IMG/VR virus record: IMGVR_UViG_3300043394_000122
Location: 2,423 to 66,422 of that record
Source of the DNA: a virus
Lineage: Duplodnaviria; Caudoviricetes
DNA: 64,000 bases
Direction: 5' to 3' (one strand)
Position numbers and translations under genes: made by a program. Position 1 is the first letter of the stretch. Each line of letters starts with the position of its first letter. Shown in pieces: positions 43,857 through 50,278 of the stretch. The notes beneath the pieces were generated by a model, which was given only the letters and a program-made list of their open reading frames with translations, did no database searches and was not told where the DNA came from.

Positions 43857-44521
43857 CAAACGAAGCACGCGTGACATGGTCCCACTCGGGGCTGAAGAAG
43901 TACGAGCAGTGTCCTCGGCAGTACCACGAGGTCACGGTACTCAAGAAGTACCCGTTCAAGGAGACGCAAGCCACCATCTACGGCAAGGAGGTGCACAGCG
44001 CCATCGAGTTGTACGGCAAGGGCGAGGCCGAGTGGGATGAGCGGTATGACATCTTCCGGCCTGCCATCGACGCTGTTCTGTCCAAGCCCGGGCGCAAGCT
44101 GTTTGAGCATGAGATGGGCGTGACGGTGGATCTGCAACCTTGCAGCTTCAACGACGAGAACCGCTGGGTGCGGGGCATCGCAGACTTGCTGATCATCAAT
44201 GACGACAACCTCACCGCCCGGGTGGTGGACTGGAAGACGGGCAGCGATAAGTACCCTGACACCGATCAGCTTGTGCTGATGTCGCTGATGGTGTTCGCAC
44301 ACTTTCCCCACATTCGCAGCGTGTCCTCCGCGCTCATGTTCCTCGTCAAGGGCAGCATGACCAAGCACAAGATGATGCGTGATGAAGCACCTGCCGCGTG
44401 GCAGCGGTACAAAGAGCGTGTGGCAAAGATCGAAGCCAGCCACGCCAACAACGTGTGGAACCCGCAGCAGTCGCCGCTGTGCCGCTGGTGCCCCGTGACC
44501 GAGTGTTCATTCAACGGATAG
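43853..44521 (+). CDS. PD-(D/E)XK (RecB/Cas4-like) exonuclease
   Basis: WSHS.LK.YEQCP...RGIADL...VVDWKTG...QL..C.WCP...C. Confidence 0.85.
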   Translation: MTNEARVTWSHSGLKKYEQCPRQYHEVTVLKKYPFKETQATIYGKEVHSAIELYGKGEAEWDERYDIFRPAIDAVLSKPGRKLFEHEMGVTVDLQPCSFNDENRWVRGIADLLIINDDNLTARVVDWKTGSDKYPDTDQLVLMSLMVFAHFPHIRSVSSALMFLVKGSMTKHKMMRDEAPAAWQRYKERVAKIEASHANNVWNPQQSPLCRWCPVTECSFNG

Positions 44522-44529
44522 GAGGCAGC

Positions 44530-44790
44530 ATGCCTTACAAAGACATGAAGGACCGGGACACGTACCCGGCGTATGACCAGACCGAGAAAGCCAAGACCGC
44601 CCGCGCCGCGCGCAACAAGGCCCGACGCATGCTGACGCAAGAAGGACTGGTACAGAAAGGGGATGGCAAGGATGTCCATCACAAAAAACCCTTGAGCAAA
44701 GGCGGCGTCACTGAGAAGGGGAACTTGGCTGTTGTCCCCGCCAGCAAGAACCGCACGTTCAAGCGCAACAAAGATCACTCGATGAAGTGA
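44530..44790 (+). CDS. Small HNH-fold protein
   Basis: GDGKDVHHKKPLSKGG...NL.V..ASKNR; GGAGG RBS. Confidence 0.7.
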   Translation: MPYKDMKDRDTYPAYDQTEKAKTARAARNKARRMLTQEGLVQKGDGKDVHHKKPLSKGGVTEKGNLAVVPASKNRTFKRNKDHSMK

Positions 44791-44797
44791 GAAGCTA

Positions 44798-47700
44798 ATG
44801 GAGATCGTTGACAACAAACTGCTGGTCTTCAAGACCCGCAACCCGCATAAGTACAACCTGATACCGAAGCACAAAGTCTTACGCCACTTTGAAAATGGCG
44901 GTGCTGAGATTGCAGTCTACTGGTCGCTTGACGAGGTGCGCGTGCTCAAGAACCTGGGCGTGCGCGACGTACCGTCGCCGATCTACGGTCGGTATGACTG
45001 GCCGGGTCGTTACACGCCGATGGCCCACCAGAAGGAGACGGCGAGCTTCCTGACACTGCACCGCAGGGCGTTCGTTCTGTCAGAGCCTGGGTGTGTAGAC
45101 GCTGATACGGAGTACCTATCGCCTACTGGCTGGAAGCGCATTGCGGACTACACGGGCGGGCAGGTAGCGCAGTACCACCCGGACACAGGTGAAGCGGAGT
45201 TCGTAACGCCTACTGAGTTCGTCAAGCTGCCTTGCCAGGACATGGTACGCATCAAGACGCATTACGGTTTGGATCAGTTGCTGAGTCCAGAACATCGCGT
45301 TGTTGTTCGCTCCAACGCTGCCGACAAGTGGTGCGTGATGTCTGCTGCGGAGTTGTTGGACAAGCACGATAAATGGCACGCAGGCATACGCCTGCCGAGG
45401 AACGACGCCAGTATCAGCTTCTCGCACGCAGCAATACCAACGGCGTTTCGCATCAAAGGTGTTGAAGCGGGCATACCGCTAACCGATGCGCAGCTTCGCG
45501 TACAGATCGCCGTGATAGCGGATGCGTACTTTGGGAACAACACGACGTTGTGCACCGTCCGTCTGAAATGCGAACGCAAAGTGCAGCGCATGCGTACGCT
45601 GCTTATTGATGCAGGCATCGAGTACACAGCGCGCGAACAAAACACGGCTACGGCTACTGGGTTCACCATCTTCCGCTTCCGCGCTCCGTGGCACGTTAAG
45701 GAGTTTGACGAGCGCTTCTGGCAAGCAACTCCTGAACAGCTTCGTCTCATTGGGGAAGAAGTGCTGCACTGGGATGGAACGATTCGCGGCGGCAACAAAG
45801 GCGGTTCGTTCTCAACTACATCCAAAGCATCGGCAGACTTCATCCAATATGCGTGGGCAGCAACAGGCACCACAGCGCGCATCACAGAAGATGCGAGGCC
45901 GGATAAGTACAAAGGCGGTGTCTGCTACACCGTGCAGCAACGCGGAGAAGTGCGGGGCGGCGAGCACGGTCTGCTGACGCTGCGAAACAGAAACAGCGCG
46001 ACCATGTACCCCGCGCCGTCCACTGACGGTTACAAGTACTGCTTCATGGTACCGAGCACGTACCTTGTACTGCGCCGAAACGGGTGTGTGTTCTTGACTG
46101 GTAACACCGGCAAGACGCTGTCTGCCTTGTGGGCAGCGGACTACCTGATGCAGCGTGGCGAGGTGCGCCGCGTGCTGATCCTGTGCCCCCTGTCGATCAT
46201 GCACAGCGCATGGATGCAGGACATCGGCAACAGCATCATCCACCGCTCCGCAGTGGTGGCGCATCACGCCCAAGCCGCACGCCGCATCGAGATCATTCAG
46301 CAGGACTTTGAGATCGTCATCATCAACTACGAGGGGCTGAACCTTGTGGCCGATGAAGTGCGCAATGACGGTCGGTTTGACCTGATCATCGTGGACGAAG
46401 CCAACGCGTACAAGAACGCGCAGACCAAGCGCTGGAAGGCCCTGGCGTCGATCCTCAAGCCCGAAACGTACCTGTGGATGATGACGGGCACGCCCGCCTC
46501 GCAGTCGCCGATGGATGCCTTCGGGCTGGCCAAGCTGGTCAACCCCAACGGCGTGCCGAAGTTCATGACGGCGTGGCGAGACATGGTGATGAACAAGCTC
46601 ACCATGTTCAAGTGGGCACCCAAGCGCGATGCAGCCGAGAAGGTGCACAAGGCGCTGCAGCCCGCCATCCGCTTCACCAAGGCCCAGTGCCTGGACCTAC
46701 CGCCCGTCGTGACGATGACGCGTGAAGTCCCGCTGACCCCGCAGCAAGCGAAGTACTACAACCTGATCAAGGATCAGATGGTGGCCCAGGCATCCGGGGA
46801 AACCATCACTGCGGTCAACGCCGCTGCTGCCTTGAACAAGCTGCTGCAAATATCTTGTATTGCGTATAATACCCCGGTGCTGACGAATCACGGCTGGGTT
46901 CCTATTCAATCGCTACAAGCTGACGATCTGGTGTGGGACGGCGTTGAGTTCGTTAAGCACAAAGGGTTACTGCCGCGCGGGCGCAAACGCACGATAGTGC
47001 AGTACGGGGTACGAATGACGCCAGACCATGAGGTGCTTACAAATGAAGGATGGAGGGTCGCTTCAGCGTGCGCTGGACTTGACCGGGCAAGTGTTCGGCT
47101 TCCTGACCGTAGTGTGTCGTCAAGGTACGAGCGGTGGGAAAACCAAAAAGGCCCGCTGGCTTTGTCGTTGTCAGTGCGGCAACGAAGTGATACGAGAGAG
47201 CCAGTACCTTCGTACGAAGCATCGTCAGACGCCACGACATTGTGGCTGTCAGCACGGCAACAAAACGCACAGCATGTCGAAGACCCGGCAGTACCACATC
47301 TGGTCCAACATGCGACGACGCTGCTTGTCACCACAAGACAAAGACTGGCACAACTATGGAGCGCGTGGCATCACAGTGTGCGAGCGTTGGGCAACGAGCT
47401 TCGATTCCTTTTGGGAGGCCATGGGGCCTACATACAAGCCGACGCTATCGTTGGAGCGAGTAGACAACAACGGACCGTATTCTCCGAGCAACTGCCGTTG
47501 GGCAACCGCGCAAGAACAAGCCCGCAACACACGCAACACCGTGTGGTTGGATACGCCAAAGGGGCGAATGACTTTGGAAGACGCAGCCAAAGCGTACGGG
47601 CTGCGGTCAGTTACGTTGGGCGCAAGATTGACACGCTACCAGTGGCCGCTAGAGAAAGCGCTGACGACGCCTGGGAGGAAGACGTATTCGACATCGCGTT

Positions 47701-48313
47701 CTGCGGACCGCGAAGCCGCTTCGTAGTTCAAGGCACTGATGGACAACCGCTCATAGTGCACAACTGCGGCGCTGCCTACACGGACAACAAGGAGGTGGTG
47801 GAGTTCGATGCCACACCGCGCCTGAACGTGCTGCTGGAGGCCCTGGAAGAGACTGACCGCAAGGTCATCATCTTCGCGCTGTTCCGATCGGTGATCGACA
47901 CCATCAGCCAGTTCCTGAACAAGAACGGCATCGCCTGTGAAGAGATTCACGGCGGGGTGACGGCCACCAAGCGGGGCGACATCATCAAGCGCTTCCAGAC
48001 GCAGGACACGCCGCGTGTGCTGGTCATGCAGCCTGCGGCTGCTGCGCACGGGATCACGCTGACTGCCGCCGACACGGTGATCTTCTACGGCCCGCTGATG
48101 AGTGTTGAGCAATACGTGCAGTGCTGCGCCCGGGCAGACCGCAAGGGCCAGAACGCCGACAAGGTCACAGTTATCCACATCCAGGGGTCGCCTGTGGAGA
48201 AGCGTGCGTTCGCTGCGCTGTCAGGCAAGGTGGACGACGCCCAACTGCTGGTGGACCTGTTCACCGCCGAAATTAAAGAAAGGGGGTTGCCAGACTCGAA
48301 AGGCCGTGTATGA
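44798..48313 (+). CDS. SNF2-family DNA helicase precursor with two inteins (about 530 aa after splicing)
   Basis: EPG|TGKT Walker A, IVDEA, MTGTP, FTK..C.DLP, GITLTAA, Q...RADR.GQ. Confidence 0.92.
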   Translation: MEIVDNKLLVFKTRNPHKYNLIPKHKVLRHFENGGAEIAVYWSLDEVRVLKNLGVRDVPSPIYGRYDWPGRYTPMAHQKETASFLTLHRRAFVLSEPGCVDADTEYLSPTGWKRIADYTGGQVAQYHPDTGEAEFVTPTEFVKLPCQDMVRIKTHYGLDQLLSPEHRVVVRSNAADKWCVMSAAELLDKHDKWHAGIRLPRNDASISFSHAAIPTAFRIKGVEAGIPLTDAQLRVQIAVIADAYFGNNTTLCTVRLKCERKVQRMRTLLIDAGIEYTAREQNTATATGFTIFRFRAPWHVKEFDERFWQATPEQLRLIGEEVLHWDGTIRGGNKGGSFSTTSKASADFIQYAWAATGTTARITEDARPDKYKGGVCYTVQQRGEVRGGEHGLLTLRNRNSATMYPAPSTDGYKYCFMVPSTYLVLRRNGCVFLTGNTGKTLSALWAADYLMQRGEVRRVLILCPLSIMHSAWMQDIGNSIIHRSAVVAHHAQAARRIEIIQQDFEIVIINYEGLNLVADEVRNDGRFDLIIVDEANAYKNAQTKRWKALASILKPETYLWMMTGTPASQSPMDAFGLAKLVNPNGVPKFMTAWRDMVMNKLTMFKWAPKRDAAEKVHKALQPAIRFTKAQCLDLPPVVTMTREVPLTPQQAKYYNLIKDQMVAQASGETITAVNAAAALNKLLQISCIAYNTPVLTNHGWVPIQSLQADDLVWDGVEFVKHKGLLPRGRKRTIVQYGVRMTPDHEVLTNEGWRVASACAGLDRASVRLPDRSVSSRYERWENQKGPLALSLSVRQRSDTREPVPSYEASSDATTLWLSARQQNAQHVEDPAVPHLVQHATTLLVTTRQRLAQLWSAWHHSVRALGNELRFLLGGHGAYIQADAIVGASRQQRTVFSEQLPLGNRARTSPQHTQHRVVGYAKGANDFGRRSQSVRAAVSYVGRKIDTLPVAARESADDAWEEDVFDIAFCGPRSRFVVQGTDGQPLIVHNCGAAYTDNKEVVEFDATPRLNVLLEALEETDRKVIIFALFRSVIDTISQFLNKNGIACEEIHGGVTATKRGDIIKRFQTQDTPRVLVMQPAAAAHGITLTAADTVIFYGPLMSVEQYVQCCARADRKGQNADKVTVIHIQGSPVEKRAFAALSGKVDDAQLLVDLFTAEIKERGLPDSKGRV
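45092..46105 (+). mobile_element. Intein 1 (338 aa) with LAGLIDADG-like endonuclease remnant, inserted in Walker A
   Basis: C1 (CVDADTEYLSPTGW), block B SPEHR, IAVIADAYF and VLHWDGT motifs, block F YCFMVPS, terminal TGN with Thr+1. Confidence 0.9.
46856..47764 (+). mobile_element. Intein 2 (303 aa), no in-frame endonuclease
   Basis: C1 (CIAYNTPVLTNHGW), block B TPDHEV, block F VFDIAFCGPRSRF, terminal VHN with Cys+1; excision restores LLQIS-CGAAY. Confidence 0.9.
47043..47726 (+). CDS. HNH endonuclease nested in the +1 frame of intein 2
   Basis: DLTGQVFG.LTV...WLCRCQCG...HCGC...H.MS.T..Y.IW..M..RC...YGARGITVCERW..F..F...MG...SLERVDNNGPY.P.NCRWAT..EQARN; GAGGTG SD 7 nt before ATG 47043 (alternative ATG 47028). 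Confidence 0.88.
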   Translation: MKDGGSLQRALDLTGQVFGFLTVVCRQGTSGGKTKKARWLCRCQCGNEVIRESQYLRTKHRQTPRHCGCQHGNKTHSMSKTRQYHIWSNMRRRCLSPQDKDWHNYGARGITVCERWATSFDSFWEAMGPTYKPTLSLERVDNNGPYSPSNCRWATAQEQARNTRNTVWLDTPKGRMTLEDAAKAYGLRSVTLGARLTRYQWPLEKALTTPGRKTYSTSRSADREAAS

Positions 48314-48329
48314 TGTCAACTCTTTGACA
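48287..48329 (+). promoter_or_regulatory. Sigma70-like promoter with downstream palindrome
   Basis: TTGCCA-16 bp-TATGAT (48287-48314), then TGTCAA-CTCT-TTGACA (48314-48329). Confidence 0.5.
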
Positions 48330-48356
48330 ACTGCCCCGTAGAGGGCAAAGGAGATC

Positions 48357-48758
48357 GTGATGCAAGAAGCTGTAGACAAAGTCCCTATTGACAAGCTCGT
48401 GCGCATCTACATGAAGATGCGTGCCGCGTTGTCGGATCTTGACGCGCAGATGGAGTCCATCAAGGCGCAGCAAGCCGAAGTGAAGAATGCCATCAAGGAC
48501 ACGCTGCGTGATGCAAACATCACGTCAGCGAAGACCGACTTTGGCACGGTGTCGTTGACGCAGAAGACGCGCTACTACACCAACGACTGGGAGTCCTTCA
48601 AGGAGTTCGTGAAGGAGAACGATGCGATTGATCTGCTGGAGAAGCGCATCGCTCAGACCAACATGCGGACCTTCCTTGAAGAGAACCCCAAGCTGCATCC
48701 CCCTGGATTGAACGCCGAGACTGAGTTCGACGTTTCCATCCGCAAGCCCTCCAAGTGA
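48357..48758 (+). CDS. Conserved replication-module coiled-coil protein
   Basis: 133 aa, KLV.IY.KMR...KT.FGTV...Y...DWE.F..F...LLEKRI; AAGGAG RBS. Confidence 0.7.
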   Translation: MMQEAVDKVPIDKLVRIYMKMRAALSDLDAQMESIKAQQAEVKNAIKDTLRDANITSAKTDFGTVSLTQKTRYYTNDWESFKEFVKENDAIDLLEKRIAQTNMRTFLEENPKLHPPGLNAETEFDVSIRKPSK

Positions 48759-48766
48759 GTAATCAA

Positions 48767-49753
48767 ATGAGCAACATTGCACTTTTCTCTGGTTCCAACG
48801 TCCCGGCCTTCGTCAAGAAGGCTGAACTCTCCTCGCTGACCAAGGCCCTGGCCGGTGGTGGCGGCGCGCAAGGCAAGCGCATCTCCATCAAGGGCGGCGT
48901 GTTCCGCCTGATGGTGGACGGCAAGGAGGTCGCCGCGATCGAAGAGCGGTATCTGGACGTGGTGCTGGTCGCTGCTGCCCCCAAGGTCAGCCGCACCTTC
49001 TACATGAAGTCCTACGACTCCGAGAACCCCGCTGGCCCGGACTGCTGGTCTGCCGATGGCGAGACGCCCGACAAGAGCGCTGCCAGCCCGCAGTCTGACC
49101 GCTGCGCTACGTGCCCGCAGAACGTCAAGGGTTCGGGCCAAGGCGACTCGCGTGCTTGCCGCTTCAACCAGCGTCTAGCCGTGGTGCTGGTCAACGACAT
49201 CGAAGGCGACGTGATGCAGCTTCAACTGCCCGCCGCGTCGATCTTCGGCAAGGCCGAAGGGGAGAACATGCCCCTGCAAGCCTACGCCCGTGTCATGGCC
49301 GCGCAGAACGCCAACGTGGACATGGTAGTCACCCGCCTGAAGTTCGACACCAAGAGCGAGTCGCCCAAGCTGTTCTTCAAGCCGATGCGCTGGCTGACCG
49401 AGGATGAGTACGCCACGGCGCAGGAGAAGGGCCAGTCGCCCGACGCCCAGGCCGCCATCACCATGACGGTGGCGCAGATGGACAAGGTGCCGACTCCGAC
49501 CCTGGAAGGCAAGCGCCCGACGCCTGCTACCAAGCCCGCCCCGGCTGCGCAGGAGGAAGAGGACGAGCCGCCCGCACCGGCTCCCAAGCGCGGTCGCCCG
49601 ACCAAGGCTGAAGCGGAAGCCAAGAAGGCTGCAGCGGCTGCGGAGGCTGAAGAAGACACCCCCGAGCCGCCGGTCAAGAAGGAAGCGAAGGAGACGGTTG
49701 CCCCGAAGTCCACGCTTGCCAAGCTGGCTGCGGAATGGGATGACGAAGAGTAA
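48767..49753 (+). CDS. Putative ssDNA-binding/annealing protein
   Basis: RISIKGG.F...R.FY...Y...P.CWS.DG..P...C..CP.N..GS...CR...LAV; P/A/E linker and acidic tail AEWDDEE. Confidence 0.6.
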   Translation: MSNIALFSGSNVPAFVKKAELSSLTKALAGGGGAQGKRISIKGGVFRLMVDGKEVAAIEERYLDVVLVAAAPKVSRTFYMKSYDSENPAGPDCWSADGETPDKSAASPQSDRCATCPQNVKGSGQGDSRACRFNQRLAVVLVNDIEGDVMQLQLPAASIFGKAEGENMPLQAYARVMAAQNANVDMVVTRLKFDTKSESPKLFFKPMRWLTEDEYATAQEKGQSPDAQAAITMTVAQMDKVPTPTLEGKRPTPATKPAPAAQEEEDEPPAPAPKRGRPTKAEAEAKKAAAAAEAEEDTPEPPVKKEAKETVAPKSTLAKLAAEWDDEE

Positions 49754-49764
49754 ATAGTGAGGAC

Positions 49765-49791
49765 GAGGGGGTGCAGAATACGCATCCCCTC
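49765..49791 (+). terminator. GC-rich hairpin after the SSB-like gene
   Basis: GAGGGGGTGC-AGAATAC-GCATCCCCTC, 10 bp with one G-U; weak U-tract. Confidence 0.4.
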
Positions 49792-49805
49792 CCTTGCTTC
49801 AAACC

Positions 49806-50105
49806 ATGCCATACGCCGCTCAAACCATGCCATACGCCGCTCAAACCATCTACCTGATCAACAGGGGGCCGCGCAACCTGGGCAACAAGCTCGGTCGTGC
49901 GGCTGTCCGACTTGACTTTTCGGTAATGCGTATCGCGCAGGCAACGGGGGCAACGCGTCAAACTGTGTACAACTGGATGTCTGGGGGCGAAGTACTTACG
50001 CCCTACCGTCCGCTTGTCGAGCGCTTGATTGCCATCCTGAACGATGCCCGCGATGCTGAAACCGCCTGGAAAAAGACATGTCAAGAATTCAACCTCAATC
50101 CTTGA
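49806..50105 (+). CDS. Cro/XRE-like HTH regulator
   Basis: VMRIAQATGATRQTVYNWMSG; a 21-bp tandem duplication (49800-49841) gives two MPYAAQT starts. Confidence 0.75.
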   Translation: MPYAAQTMPYAAQTIYLINRGPRNLGNKLGRAAVRLDFSVMRIAQATGATRQTVYNWMSGGEVLTPYRPLVERLIAILNDARDAETAWKKTCQEFNLNP

Positions 50106-50263
50106 CACCGGAAGAACTGGTGCGCTACGCCGAACTCAGGAACGTGGACGGCTTGCCCAAGCACTGGTGCAACGAGTTGATCGCCTGCCTGGACGCGTAC
50201 ATCACCAAGTACGGATCGCTGGCTGACGAAGGCTACGCGCAGACCCAAGAACCGCTGTTCTAG
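50078..50263 (+). CDS. Hypothetical protein
   Basis: 61 aa, MSRIQPQSLT.EEL.RYA. Confidence 0.6.
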   Translation: MSRIQPQSLTPEELVRYAELRNVDGLPKHWCNELIACLDAYITKYGSLADEGYAQTQEPLF

Positions 50264-50278
50264 CCGCAGGTACCCCCT

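Noticed and set aside
43853-44521. Cas4 as evidence of a CRISPR system
   Set aside because: No cas1/cas2 or array; this is the usual phage replication-module PD-(D/E)XK exonuclease.
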